64,000 bases of DNA from Paraspadella gotoi (lineage: Eukaryota > Animalia > Chaetognatha): assembly GCA_051294375.1 (NCBI GenBank), contig CM119264.1, positions 1,703,662 through 1,767,661 of the forward strand, given 5' to 3'. The first letter of the stretch is position 1; every line of letters begins with the position of its first letter. Under the pieces are notes generated by a model, which was given only the letters and a program-made list of their open reading frames with translations, was not told where the DNA came from and did not search any database. Both the position numbers and the translations under genes were made by a program. Positions 38,920-53,304 of the stretch are shown here, piece by piece.

Positions 38920-41900
38920 GTGTAGTTACAGGCTAACGGCAAGTATCGCTAGTTTGGGTAATCTACGTGGCGACTCAGTGACCGAATTATGTACTCTGCG
39001 AGAAGTTGATTGAAATCTTGCAAAATCTTCTTTGAAATTGGTACAACCAATAAAAATCACCATTTATTTAATAAATCTAGCCCTGACTTTGGACAGGCTT
39101 TGGTGTTTTAAGGCCTCCACCCCTCTTACAAGATAAGACATAGCAGGTCCAATCAATTGTTACAGTCTCGTAAAAGGGATGTAGACCTTAACCAACTATA
39201 AAATGTCCGAATCAGGGTTAAGTTAGTTTGGTTATTGAATGAGGGATAATTCTTTTATTGTTTGTATTTAATTCTAATCTGTGATCAGTTTTAATTTGTG
39301 AATGTCTAATGATATCCGTTTTTATTGCATCTTGATAAAGATGGATAACAAATAAAATCTTATAAGGGAGTGGTCTTATGGGAGTGGTCTTTTCATGCAA
39401 TTGAAACATTCTTTGAAATATTATGTCACTTGATTGTAGTAAAGTCAGGTACTCTGGTATTGAATAAACAAGACTGGGAGAGAGTCGAAAGTTTGCAGGG
39501 ACCTGCTATGTCATTATCTTGTAAGATCGCCTATTCCTTCTTCAAGAAACGCTCAATTTTATCGTTAATATTTTGAAATTAATGTTAATTTTTAAGTCTA
39601 AAAAAATTATATTAAAATTTAAGATTTAATAAGTAAGGGTAAGAATTATATTAGGATTAGGGTTTAGGGATAGAGTTCGTAAAATTAGGAAATTAGGATT
39701 AATTGATTATGTATGTTGCAAAGTTAATAATAAAGATTAAAGTAAAAGTTAGGGTTTACAGATTAAATTAACAATTATGGTAGAATTAGTGGTGGGGAAT
39801 AGAAGATTACCAGTTATTCGTTATAAGATTAATTATGAATTTTAAGATCTTAAATTAAGTTGAAACGAAGTCACATTATTTAGGCCACATGAAATTGAGG
39901 TCTTTTTGAAAATGAGTAGCGCGGGACAATCCCTCAAATTTCTGGATTGCAATCATTTCTTTTTGTTTCTCTCACTAATATTTCTCCTGCAGTCTGACTA
40001 TATCCGCTCTTGAATTCCATCTACTAAAACTTTTCATTCTAATAATGAATTAAAAAATTTATAAAAACAAATTAATAAAAAGTTAATAATTTAAGTCATA
40101 AATGATTCCGACCTAAGATCCGATCTCTTACTAAACCTTTGTATTCCCCCTTATTTCGCTAAATGTTTTACCTACGTGCATAACTTGAATAATTTCATTA
40201 ACTTACGCTTTTCACAACTTTACTTCACGTACCCGTAACGTGCGATCACCCTCGCTTTGCGTTACTTGTGTCTGTTCACGGGTCTGAGAGTTCATGAACT
40301 CACCCGCAGATCGAGGTTTGCGCCGTGAGCCGATTTTTTTTTTTTAGTTGGCCGCCGAGTACTCGCGAGCAACACTATAATATTTCACTTCTTCACTGGT
40401 CTGTCGGGTCTATGTCTGCCCGCCTCGGGTCAATCCCACTGACTGTAGATTTAAACACAAGTATATAGATTTCCCTACCAATAAGTATGCTCATTGTGTT
40501 ATAAAGCAGGAAAAACTCAATCTACAGTGGACGGGCTAGCGCCGGGCCTACTTAGAAATCCTAAGACGTGATAAAAATAAAAGATGAATTCGATTGCACG
40601 GTGTGTCTTAGAATGTATACAGGCTTAAAGTATAATAAGTTATAGGTAGTAACTTGATAATCATGTCGCGCATGGTCATGAACATATCATGTCAGTCTGT
40701 TATGTAGCTCTAACAAAAAAGCACTGCAGCGCAACATATTGGATGAACCGATTCTCGTTTTTGTGTATTAAATTTTGCTGGAACGGGACCAGAATAAGTT
40801 GTGGTGATCAATAGGGGTTAAAGAGGAAGAGGAAAGAGGAGGAGAAGGAGGAAGAGTGAAGAGGGAAGTGTTGAAGAAGAAGACAGCAAAATGAGAATCG
40901 AATCCCATGGTATTGAGATTGTTGGCTTTGTGGGTAGAAACCCGTCGGCCTGAGATGCGGCTTATTTTTAAGTAGGACAGAATCGGTTCATTGCAGGCGA
41001 TGGGAGTGTTAGCCCCTGGCCGAGCTGAAAACGGAGGCTATCCGGCCTGGCTAAAGGCCCTTGGGAGTTCGGCTAGTGCGCGTTGAAGCCGGGCGACGAG
41101 GCCCCGCATAACATTATCCCGGTGGTCTTTAGACTCCCAGGTGCAAAAGTGTCCAGGGTGTAGTTCCAATATGGTAAGGTCACTCGTTATCAGAATGCAT
41201 AAGTGTTTTATTCGAATTCCAGTCAGTGTTTACGAACATATCAGCCAGTACTTTTTCTTCACTTTAATTTTCGACAGAAACGAATTTAAGTGAAAAAAGA
41301 AATATAAAAGAGGATATTTTTTGTCTTTTCTCAATTAATCATCACAGATGAATGAACCCGGGAATACACGAGCGAGAAGGGATTAAGGATAGAGGATTGC
41401 GGTAAGAGGAAGTAAGATTTCTGTGAATGGGTTTCGAACCACGAGGATTTTGGAAGCCAAATCACGAGAAAGGAACAATAGTTTTCCGGAAGAGGTAAAG
41501 AGAAGGTTCCAGAAGCAGCGGAAGAGGAGGATTCCGGTTATAGATGAATCTGGCTCGTGCGTCACTTGCCATTGATAAAATCAGTCTGCTTTCTGCTTTG
41601 ATTCATTCTGTCCAAATATTTGACACCGTCTTCTATCTTTACTTTCTGTTAATAGAATTTCCACTTTTGGTTTCATGCTGAAATCCCTGATTTCTTACTA
41701 TCAAATGTCTCAGTGTGGCAGTTCGTTGCCGTATTCGAACACGTCCTCCGACTAATTTGAAAAAAGGGCGCGAATGGGATATTCTAACCTAAAAAGATAT
41801 GAACCAAAATGATTTAAATAATCGTGATGAAACGGTTCCACTTTTCAGGATTTCCTGTTGAACAATTGCTGATATAATATAATGAAGTACCGTTAATGCA

Positions 41901-42718
41901 ATTTTGCCTCAAACAAAATTGTTTTGATCTCGAAGGCTGTTCGGTTGGCTCGGCCAAGCTCAAGACCCAAGCCCTAAACGCCTCAAGCCCAATTGCCTCC
42001 AAGCCAAACCCAGCCAAACCCAAAGCCAAGCCCACAACCCAAGCCCTAAGCCCTCCAAAACATAACTTAGCCAAGCCAAGCCAAGCTCAATATTCCAAGC
42101 CCAAGCATAGCCCTAATATCAATCTATCCTTCTAATCTAATCATATTAAATAAATATTCCTATTTACCAAGCTATTTCTAAATTCATTTCCCAACTTGAT
42201 GAAATCCTTTATCAAGCTCCAGTTAAAAGATCTTCAGCCGTTACCGGCAGAATCGGACTCCAAGACGCGTGCCTTCACGAATTTGAGAGATTGAAAGTGT
42301 GATTTGGGTGGGGAAATCTTCCTGGTAATGCTGCGAGGGATCTTTAATGAGAATATGCTTAAGCTATAACTTAAGTGGCGAATTGCGTCATGCACCATCC
42401 ATAGATTTGGAATTCCCCACGAAATCGCTATTGTTGAAAATTGTATAGATTGTGTATAAATAAAAATGACTAAAACTAACCTCATTTCTCTCTCTCTCCT
42501 CTCTTCTACTCTCTCTCTCCTCTCTCTCTCTCTCCCTTTCCCCCGGCTCTTGACAACTCGATTACTCTTTCAGTTTGAAGCAGACAAAAAAAATCCAATC
42601 ATCTCTGGATGCTTTTCGGTTTTCTGTACATGAGGACCTGACTTCGCAAGTCAATAATGCTAGGAAACTTTTGTTATAAATACATAGTTTATCCGTTTTC
42701 TAAATATGTTTCTTCTCG

Positions 42719-42755
<37 letters not shown>

Positions 42756-44512
42756 CTTCTCTCTCTCTCTTGCTCTCATGGGCTAGCTTGGGCCTTTGGT
42801 GTCCTTCTCGGGTATTCCCCCCGGCTCTTTCGTTTTCCTGCCTCTCTCTCCTCTCCTATCATAACCCCTTCCTCCTGTCTCTTTTGCGCAGACCAACGCC
42901 GTTCTCCCTTCCTGCTCTCGCCTTCCTTCTCCGTCTCTTAGCCTCCCTCTGCCTTTACCTCCACTGACCTCCATTCCTCCCTTCCCTTATGTCGTGTCCT
43001 TCCCTCTCTCTCGCTTGCGTGCCCCATCCTGTATCTACACTCCCTCTTCGCTCAACCAATTTAACCGATCCCTTCTAGCGTATCATGCCCGAAATTCCTT
43101 CCTTCCTTGCGCTACTCCCTCTACGCCTTTGCTTCCGTTTCTCCTCATTCTTCCCTTCCTCTCCCTCTCCCTTTCTTCCCTCTCCTCCCTCTTTCCCTCT
43201 CCCACCTCCCCCTCACCGATTTGCCCACTTTATGATTATAAATTTAATCTCATTCAAATTTTTCATTTAGACAATCGTGACGTACCTTTCAACAGCGCGG
43301 ACTAGTTTTCCATTTGAAAAATGGAATCAAAAAATCGATGCTCTTTTTTTTTGCAAATTAAATTAAAAAAAAATTCGTTGGTTAACTTTAAATGAGAGTT
43401 TATGGCGCAAAGATGCATTAGTACGCTATTTGGAGGTTACCGCTCGAGATTACGTGAAACGAGTCTGTCCACATTTCAGTAACAGGCGCAGATTTATACC
43501 TTTTCTGAAATATTTTTTGATTAGTGATGAGAGCTATCATTTTTCAAGATGCCTTGAATATAGGAGATACTTTATTAAATCATTACGAATGGCGAGATGT
43601 CAAAATAGTGAAAAAAAGGTATAGCCGTAACATAAATCTTGCGTTGAAAAATAGTATATAATAAAATAAACGGTTTATAATAATTTTAATAATTTTATGA
43701 AAAACATTATAACAAAATAAGATGGGGAGTTTTTAAAACAGAAATAATAAAAACAATTGGATATGCATCTGCGCAAATGGTAATTCTGTTTTTTTAGAGC
43801 TAAGTTTATTAACATTACACACGTTTCAATAAATATTTACTTCAATTTCCTCAATGGACTGAATATCTGTACTTATAGTAGAAACACGCCAATCTTATCA
43901 GCCAACTTACTACAATAAAAACGGCATTTCACATTTAACTTTATTCATTTACGTGAGAGTCTATCTAATATTCCATATTTTTCCTACATTAATACTTCGA
44001 TTCAGTTAACAACTCCATCGTCAAAAATGTTTAATACGCGTGCATGAACACTCTGACGAAGGTAAATTTTTTTCAACTTTCATGCTATCTGAAATACGAA
44101 TGTTGTCGTATGCGATGCAAGAGTCAAGAGGAATAAACGAGTGCTGACAGCGACTACTTAAGGTCGTCAAGGATATGAGGTGGACTACTGGGTCTCATTC
44201 CCTTCTTAATAGGAAAACCGGAGTAATATCATTTGTAATAATATATAAATAGCAGTATAAAAAATCAATAATCAGATAATATAAACTAATGTCTTGACTT
44301 ATTTATTATTTTTTTCATGAGTTTTGATACTATTATTTAGAGACCTGAAATACTATAAATAGAATGGATTAATATATTATATTCCTAAGTCATGTAGAGA
44401 ATGAAAAACGAAAAAAAGATCCTCACCCTGTAAGAGATAGATGTAGATGAGTCATTGACAGATATAGCATGCTGAGAAGGAATAGAGAGGAGAGAGAGAA
44501 GAGAGAGAGAGA

Positions 44513-44567
<55 letters not shown>

Positions 44568-44704
44568 GAGAGAGAGCATGATTTAGCTGTTTCTCGAATT
44601 GTACTCTTTTTTATTGATGTAGGACAGCGGAAGATCGAAAAGAGCTTAAAACCAATTAAAGGACAAAATCTTCTTTCGGTTTTTAAATCTCAAACTTTGA
44701 GAAA

Positions 44705-46601
44705 ATGAAGGACGGAGTTGGATCTGTTGACCGATGGATTGTCTGCCCGTTGTCAAATGCTGTCTTCCTCTTGCATGGCGCAAGTATGCAACGAGTATAG
44801 TTGTTTGGGGCAGGAGAGAGATTGTACTTTAATTCCGATTAGTTCTACTATTTAACCTCAATTAATTATAAATTTTAGACTTAAACTTTCTGTATTTTAA
44901 ACTCTTATTACCGAGTCTTTTAAATCAAACTCGTATTTCTCACATTTCAACGCCTTAACTTTTTACCTCTCAACTCTTCACTCTTTACTCTCAACTCTTC
45001 ACTCTTTACTCTCAACTCTTCGCTCTTTACTTTCTCAACTCTTTATTTCAACTTCTTCACTCTCACCTCTTCACTCTTTACTCTCAACGTGCTATGCCTC
45101 TTTACTCCACCTCTTCGACTCGTCAACTCTTTCACTCTTTACTCTCACTCTTCACTCTCAACTCTTCACTCTCAACTGCTTCACTCTCAACTCATGTCAT
45201 CTCTTTACTCTCAAACTCTTCACTCTTCACTTCTCAACTCTTCACTCTCAATCTCAACTCTCCAACTCTATGATCTTCCTCAAACATGCGCCACAGCCTC
45301 GGTCGGCAGTGTTCCCGTGTCTCATGCAGAAGGCATCGAATAGGCTCGAATCATCTGAAAGGATGTAATCTCTTTCAAAACAAGGAGACTTCAGATGGAA
45401 CTATTGACATTCAACTTCACGCTTCTCACTGTGAACGACTCACGAGGACGGGGTGAGATTTTTTTCAGTTCCACGACAGCGTCAATCGCTGACGTTTCAT
45501 CTTCTATATCAACGACGATTTTCGCTTGACCGTGACGGAGGGGCGTGGGCGGCATGATTCTCACTTTTCGAGATTAAACTGACTGAATTTAATGAAGACG
45601 GAAATAAAATAACTTCATCTATATAATGTCAAAACCAAACGAGAGTCTTTATTAAGAGTTACACTATTCATCATCCTGAGAGCCGAATGCGGAGATCTGA
45701 ACCCTAAAAACGTACTAACGCTTATCTAAGTATTAATATTACTAGTATTTTATTTTACTAGATAATACTAATATTATTTCCGGATGCATTATGAATTGGT
45801 TATTTTTTATTAACCAGTTTATTATAAAAAGAAACAAATTGTTATCATGATCTCCCGATTATCATATAACTTACTGCTTTCCTTCTCAGACTTATGTCCG
45901 CTCTGAATCCGCCATCGTCGACTCGGTGGCAACGATCCAATTCTGCTAAAAGGAAACTGCAGATAATATTCTGGCATGGACCACAATTTCTGAGTGCCAT
46001 CAAGCTAGGCAAGAGTTGGAGAACTTGAGATTATGGATGACATGGACAATTGGCACACTAGGACACTAGGTACATAGTCAATATTATAATTGGGGAAATA
46101 CGTTCTGATGCTGATGAGACGATTGCAAAGTGAGGAGATTGCGAATCGTTAATAATTGAGCCAATGCTAATATTAATTAAAATAAAGCTATTTATTGGCT
46201 ATTGATGATAATAAAAACAAATTTAAAGAGGTTAAATAATACATTGCGAATATTAAAAAATGAAAAAAAAAGACCAAAAAAATATTAATTAATAATAATA
46301 TAATAATGTAATTGACAGAGATGAAAAAAAGCAAACTACCTCAACCTTCTTCCTCCTTTCCTTACCCTCTTTCTGACCCATTTCTTTCTCCCCTTCAACA
46401 CCCCCCTCTTTTCAGATGCCCAACTTCGTTCTCCTCGAAGACCAAGAATTCAACAAACACACGCTTCATCGACAAAGATGCAAGTCAATTCCCTTGAATG
46501 CCTGTCATGTTGAACTTCACTAACGGGCGACAGTTCCTATGCTGACGAAGTCGGCACCAAAACGTCTTTGGCAGGGGATGTAAATGGAATCGTCTTCTCT
46601 C

Positions 46602-46691
<90 letters not shown>

Positions 46692-49270
46692 CTACTCATT
46701 GCATTTATCTCCATTTTCAGCATGGACCGGACTCACTTCCCGCTCGTCTCAAACCTGGCAGAATTCAAAGATTGCGTTTGCTTCCTCTGCAAATCAGCGT
46801 CAGTTCATTCTTGCAAAAATAAGTTCATTATACTTTTTTTTTATTATTTTATTTTTCTCTATCATTCCCCTTTCCTCCCTTTCCCTCCCTTTATCCCTTC
46901 TAACTCTCTTCTATCTTGCTTGTTTTTCGATTATTTCCTTTCTCTTTCCTCTTTTTATCTTTCCTAATTCCTCCCTCCTTCCTTTTCATTTCCTTTCCTT
47001 TCCTTCCTCTCCTCCTTTCTTTCTCCTTTCCTTTCCTCTTCCTCCATTTTCTTTCTTTTCTTCCTTTTTCTTTTCTTTCCTCCCTTTATTTCCTTTTCGT
47101 CCCTTTTCTTTCTCCTTTCCTCTTTTTCTTTCGTACTTCCTCCCTTTTTCTTTCTTTCCTCTTTTTACTTTTCCTCTTTTCTCCTTTTCTTCCTCTTTCC
47201 TCCTTAATCCTTCTTTACCCTTCCCTCTTTTCCTCCCTTCTCCTCTTCAAGACAGTGTCGCATAGCCGAACTAGACAGTGGGCTACACTCACGACGAGAC
47301 TCTTTTCTCCGACTCCACCGATTGGCCTCTTCTTTCCGGTTCTTTACGTGGAGGATTCCAGACTTCGGCCAGTGTCGACGGAATCGCTTACGACGAGGAT
47401 TTTGAGAAACAGGTTTGGTTGTTGTTTTTGTCGTTGTTGTTGTCGTTGTTGTGATTTGTTGTTGTTTTTGTTATTGTTGTTGTTATTGCTGTTGTTTTTG
47501 TTTCTGTTTGTTGTGTTTATTGTGTTTTGTTGGTTTGGCGCGAACGCCAATGTCGTCGTCAAACTAATTTAGGGGCCTTATTTCCCAGAACGCCCCATTT
47601 TATCTTACATTCAAAATTAGATTTTTAGGATTAAAATTAAGGATATAGGCTTAGGATATGATTAAGCGGTTAGGATTAGGTTACAAAATTTAAAAAAGCT
47701 TAGGTAAATATTGAGGACTAGATTAAAATTCCGGGATAAATTAAGATCGCTTCACATCGTCGACTTTGGTCACAGTTTGGTGAATTTTGTTGGATTATGT
47801 GGACAAATTAAGTTTCCTTCAATGCTTGAATGTGTGATAAGAATAAATGATTGGTAGTATTTGATCAATGAAGTTGTTCATTTCAGCATTTAACTGGGCG
47901 ACGACTGTTATTCTGTAGTCATATTCCTCAACCCCAGGACTATTTCAAAAACTCAACCTTTAAATCTTGTCTATCTTCTGATCCATCCACCAGTTCCATA
48001 ATTCCCACCCTAAATCCATTCATCCTATTTCTTCTCCCTTCCACCAAAGAGAAGTTACGCCTTTCCTGGAGATCCGAGTTGAGACGAACGGGTCTCACTC
48101 CGGTCGATGTCGCTTTGGTTGATCCAATGTGCTCCTTCCTTTTCGGGATTCACTCACTTCCTTATTTTCCCTTCTTCCTCCTAGATGTGGTAGTACTTGT
48201 GAAAACAATTAGAATTTAGTAATTACATATTTAAAAACTATATTGTACCTTTATTATGTTATTGGAATTTATATTTGAAATGATATATTTGTTCTTCACT
48301 ACTTCCCTGCAGTATTCTTTCCTTTGGTTTTACTGTAAGATTTTCGTTTCCTTTCCCATTTTTCTCCACATTTTTTTAACCAATTTTTTAGAGTAATTTT
48401 TTTTTCTTTGTCTTATTTTTTCTCTATTTAACATAATTTTTTTATTTCAAACTCTTTCTGAGCCTCTTGCGTCATTTTTCTTCAATTTCACTAATGTGCC
48501 ACTTTAATTTCCTTTCTCTTCTTTGTTTGTTTCCTCTTTTTCTTTCTTTCATCTTTTTTTTTTTATTCCCCCACCATACGTTTCCATCTTCATCATCACT
48601 AAAAGTCCAACTTATTCACAACGAGACGTGTGTAGAAACGACATTGGTGACCGCCAATCACGATGCTGCTCACCATCGGCAGTCGACGCGTCATTTTGCG
48701 GTCAAGGACTGCGGTAGCAAAGAAATCTTTGTACTGAGACGCAATTCGGACCTTCTTAAAAAGTAATAAAGGGTGATTCCTCAGTACTGAGGAATAGAGC
48801 TAAAACTAAATAGTTTATGTTAAATTCACCAATGATCTCTACCCCACTTTCTCACTTCCTCTCTTTTCTCTACTCCCTTCTCACCCCTCCCCTCTTCACT
48901 CTCCTCCCCTTTTCCTCCCTCCCCTCTCCTTCCAACCCCCTTACCTCGCCTCCCACTCCTCTCTCTCTCCCCTCCTCCTCTCTCTTTCCCCTCCCCTCTC
49001 CTTCCCGCCCTCCTAACCCCCTTCCTCCCTCCTCTCTCTCTCCCCCTCTCCCGTCTCCTCCCTCCCTCCAACCCCCTACCTCCCTCCCACTCCTTCTCCC
49101 CCCCTCCTTCCTCACAGGCATCTCCTCCCCAACTCCTCCTCCTCCTCCTTCTTTTTCCCGATTCTGGAAAATTTGTGGTCGCGTCAAACGATCGTCGTTT
49201 TCTTGAGACGATCGTTTGTTCTTCTCGATGTGGAGTCTGGTCAGAGTACCGCGATCCCGGCGGTGCTTAG
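44705..49270 (+). pseudogene. Indel-riddled second copy of LGIC-A exons 1-9 (probably an unpolished-read duplicate rather than a true pseudogene)
   Basis: Colinear matches at ~44705-44794, 45296-45452, 45890-46013, 46416-46574, 46721-46797, 47256-47412, 48049-48185, 48622-48706 and 49118-49270. Frameshifts every few codons, equally dense in introns. Confidence 0.7.
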
Positions 49271-49423
49271 GTAAGGCATTACAAGTATTGTGAGTAAGTT
49301 TTCTGGCGAACTCGTGACCCAATTATTAACTCTGCGAGAAAGTCTTGATTTAAAATCTTGCAAAATCTTTCTTGCAAATTGGTATAACCAAAAAAATCAA
49401 TGTCATTTTATTTAATAAATCTG

Positions 49424-49811
49424 GGCCCCTGACTTTTGGACAGGCTTGGTGGTTTAAGGCCTCCATCACGCTTACAAGATAATGACATAGCAGGTCCCTG
49501 AAAGCTTTCAATCATGTTACAGTCTTCGTAAAAGGGATGTAGTCCTTAACAAACTATAAACTTTCCGAATCGGAAGAGTCTTGGTTATTGAATGAATGTA
49601 TAATTCTTTTATTTGGTTGTATCTAATTCCAACTGGGTAATCAGATATTTAACTGTCTAAGATGTCCGTTATGCATCTTTGATAAAGATGGATAACCAAA
49701 ATACAATCTGTGAGTGTGAGAGTCGAAAGCTTGCAGAAACTCTATTTTCAACTGTAGGGAGTGAATGGAGGCCTTAAACCACCAATGCCCATATCCTTCA
49801 AGTCTAGGGGC
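49424..49811. mobile_element. MITE with ~50 bp terminal inverted repeats in the LGIC-A M3-MA intron
   Basis: 49424-49476 (GCCCCTGACTT..GGTGGTTTAAGGCCTCCA..TACA) is the reverse complement of 49753-49811. The copy at 39080 is cut before its right TIR. Confidence 0.65.
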
Positions 49812-49916
49812 AAATGATAATAGTATTAAATAACATGGATATTTGTAGTCGGTCAAACAATTAATACATATAGACAAGATCGAAAAAAACAACTTTTAAC
49901 TTAAATTTTCCTTCAG

Positions 49917-49995
49917 GAGTTCCAAGGCCGCGCGCCAACGAAATTTTAAAATTACATCGAAGAGGAGAAAAAAGATGATAATGAATTTTTGGCAG
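49917..49995 (+). CDS. LGIC-A MA-helix exon
   Basis: TTCAG...GTAAGC. ...ANEIL.YIEEEKKDDNEFWQ after homopolymer indel correction, resembling the YI..........W segment before M4. Confidence 0.7.
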
Positions 49996-50077
49996 GTAAG
50001 CAAGGACGATCGATTTAAAAAATTTGTATTGAAGTATGCCGCGTCACACTGCCTCCACTTCATTTCCCATTATCTAG

Positions 50078-50189
50078 AATGTACCCGCTATGGATGGCGT
50101 CTGCTTTGTCATCAACCTCATCGTCAGGCATCGTCGCTGTTCCATGGACTTATTTCAAAATCGCCAACGTTCCTCAAGAATTCGCTTAA
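50078..50189 (+). CDS. LGIC-A terminal exon (M4 and stop)
   Basis: CTAG acceptor. NV.AMDGVCFVINLIVGIVAVPWTYFKIANVPQEFA-TAA with one indel; conserved pre-M4 Asp followed by a hydrophobic helix. Confidence 0.75.
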
Positions 50190-52417
50190 GGGGACCCAGT
50201 GATAAAAATATATATAAGCTTAAGGCGTCTATCATCAAAGGAATTTGAATGCGTGATAGTCATTACAGTTTTCTTTGCACGGGAACATTGGCAAAAAAAT
50301 TCCTATCTCTTATTGTAGCGGAAACAAAATTAATAATTAAGAAAAAAATTTAGTTGGACCTAACTTATAATATTTATATAATCCATTATTTTATTTTTGC
50401 TTAGGAAAGTATTTTTTTTACTAAAATTCCAAGTTTTTTATTATTAATTTACTGGTTTACAAAGCTTACAATAGTGAACCGCGAGTGAACAAAGGCTTTA
50501 CAAGACTTAAATATTTTTTTTTAAAGTTACTTTACAAATAGCAGAACAAATCAAACACTAAATTAATATGTCTGAGCACGAAACAGAAACTGAATAATTA
50601 TTAATTAATATTCAGTTATTCATCTCCTTAAATTTATATGTATACTATATTGATTCTTAATTATAACATTAAAATTAGCAAAAAGCTACAGAATCTTTTC
50701 TCTTCTTATTTTATATTTATATTTACTTCAAAGAGCTTTTATTTTCATGCAATTTAACAGAACTTTTTGAAAAGAAAGTTTAAATTAAAATCAAGGTCGA
50801 TGACCTAAATTTTGATTCAAATTCCTATTATTGTTTTTTTTTTTCATAATTTTGTGATAAAAGCTAAAAATCTTTTAAAATAGACATGACCCTTTTTTGG
50901 CAAAAAAAAAATTTTAACTTGAAAAAGATTTTCGTCTTACCGATTTTTAAGAAAATTAGCTCGCTGGATTTTATCGAATTTTTAACTACTTCCAAATGAT
51001 TATAGAAGAAAAAATTATTATGGTCAAATACCCGCTAAGTTAAGGGTCAAACGTTATGTTTTCAGCTGTACCCCCCCCTGTTTCACTTGGTCCCGACTTA
51101 ACGAAAACGAGAGTAAAAGAACATATATTACAAAAGTAAAAAAAATAAAAAAATTTTAATGAAATTAATTTATAATTCGCGTAATTTCAACTTCTAATTT
51201 TTGCAGCTTTTTCCAGAAAGCATCCATTTCTGTTTAGAATCATGAAACTTTTCTTTCACTCTCATACCAAAAATCACTGCTAAGNNNNNNNNNNNNNNNN
51301 NNNNNNNNNCTGAACTAACCATATTCCTAATCTTTAACTTAACCTCTAATCATAATATTTGAACTTAAAAACCTAATTAATTCTGAATATAAGTTGAAAT
51401 AGGACACGAATCTTTATACAAGATTTATACAGAAAAAAAACTGCTACTTTATCAAGAGTTAAATTTAATTAAATGGACGGCGGCCTTGAAACAATAAAAT
51501 TATTATCAATTTTAAACTCTCTCTCTCTCTTTCTCTCTCTCTCTTTCTCTCATCAATTATAAACACAAACAAGCTCGCGACGCGCATTGTCTGTAGATTG
51601 TGAATTAAAAAGATCCAGAGAAGAAAAAGTAAAACAGTGGAACAAATTTAGTCAATTTTTTTTTATGAAAATTAAAAAAATACTTGTTTCACTATCTTTA
51701 TTTTTTTAGATTTAAAAATAACTATTATTTATGATTTTATTTATTTGTTAAAATATTTTTTGTTAAATATTTAAATATAATTGAGAAAAAGGTTGTCGAG
51801 TTTCGAGTCTGTAAGTAACTAAGTATCTGGGTTGATAATATCTTTATGGTCAATATTTTTACCTTCGCTGATTAGTCCCGTTTCAGGATAAGACTACGTT
51901 GTAAAATCGTATGTTCTGATAGGGATACATACTGACGAAAGTTTTATGGGGGCATCTTTATATTTCGAATATAATTTTAAAGTCTCTTATTTAGTAATCA
52001 AACTTTTGACAAGCAGCTTAAAAAATTAATTAACTTCTCAACATCAGCGGAAGCAATAGATTTGAGACGAACAAAGGGAACAGGTCCATCTCACAGATAA
52101 CAGGTCCATCTCTGGATCATTTTTTAATTGGTTGTACCAATTTCATTTAAAAAACCCGGTTATACTTAGTAATATTTTTATGTGGTAAATTTCACCGAGT
52201 TAATTTTCGCTCTTGATTCGAGCGAGTGGCGACTGAAAAAAAAACAAAGCGATTTATTCATTCAAAAATTAAAACTGCTTAATTAATATGGGATCGTCGT
52301 AATTGTTTTCCGTCGTCATGGAAACCAAACGCCATCTCGTGTCGAGGTTTAGAATCACTTTTTTTTTGTTCGTAAATTATCGAGTCATGCGAGGTGACGT
52401 TCGCTCTCAGCAGGTTG

Positions 52418-52453
<36 letters not shown>

Positions 52454-52704
52454 CCAGCGTACAACCGGTTTTACTTTCAGTTCGGTTACAGTTCATTTGG
52501 ATTATACGTTTTTTATTGAATTTCGTGGCAATAAAAAGATTCACTCTTGAAAACGATTCAGAAAAAAAATAACAAACTTTTGTCTCGTGAGATCAGAAAG
52601 TTAAAGATTTGTGAATTTTTCTGTCACAGATTTTTAATCGTCCGTCACTGGGCTATCACAGCCACCAACGACATCTCACATCTTTAACCTTTAACCTCGA
52701 CTTT

Positions 52705-53120
52705 CAACAACTTATCACCCCGTCCATCACTTGTCACAACTATCATAATTGCCATCACCTATCACAACTATCATCATTAAAATTTCCTGTTACAAATATC
52801 GCCATTTCCATCAACTGTCACATTTAAACCGCTGGCATAACCTGTCACAACTATCATCGCTGCCATCACCTGTCAAAACTATCATCGCTGCGATCACCTG
52901 TCACAACTATCATCGCTGTCATCACCTGTCACAACTTTCGTCGCCTGTCACGTCTTTCCCTAAACGTCTCAGCCGTTTCCTCTCACGGTCCATCGCTCTC
53001 TCTCTCTCTCTCTCTCTCAACCTGTCACAACTATCATCGGCTGTCATTCACTAGTCAACTTTCGTCGCCTTCACAGTCTTTCCCTAAACCGCTCAGCCGT
53101 TTCCTCTCACGGTCCATCGC
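52705..53120 (+). repeat. ~28-bp minisatellite (CATCACCTGTCACAACTATCATCGCTGC)n plus a ~95 bp local duplication upstream of LGIC-B
   Basis: Tandem units 52705-52945; 52926-53020 repeated at 53021-53120. Confidence 0.8.
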
Positions 53121-53135
53121 TGCTCTCTCTCTCTA

Positions 53136-53185
<50 letters not shown>

Positions 53186-53259
53186 CTCTCTTCTCTCTCT
53201 CTTCGTTTGTCCGTTCTGTCTGTTCGTTCTATATTCATCACTCTTCACCTCGCAAGAAA

Positions 53260-53270
53260 ATGAACGGATC

Positions 53271-53304
<34 letters not shown>

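Larger units (their letters stand above)
29261..49740 (+). repeat. ~10.2 kb direct tandem duplication (29261-39510 vs ~39528-49740)
   Basis: Continuous colinearity of MITE, HINE, (AAGCCC)n tract and LGIC-A exons 1-9. Confidence 0.95.
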
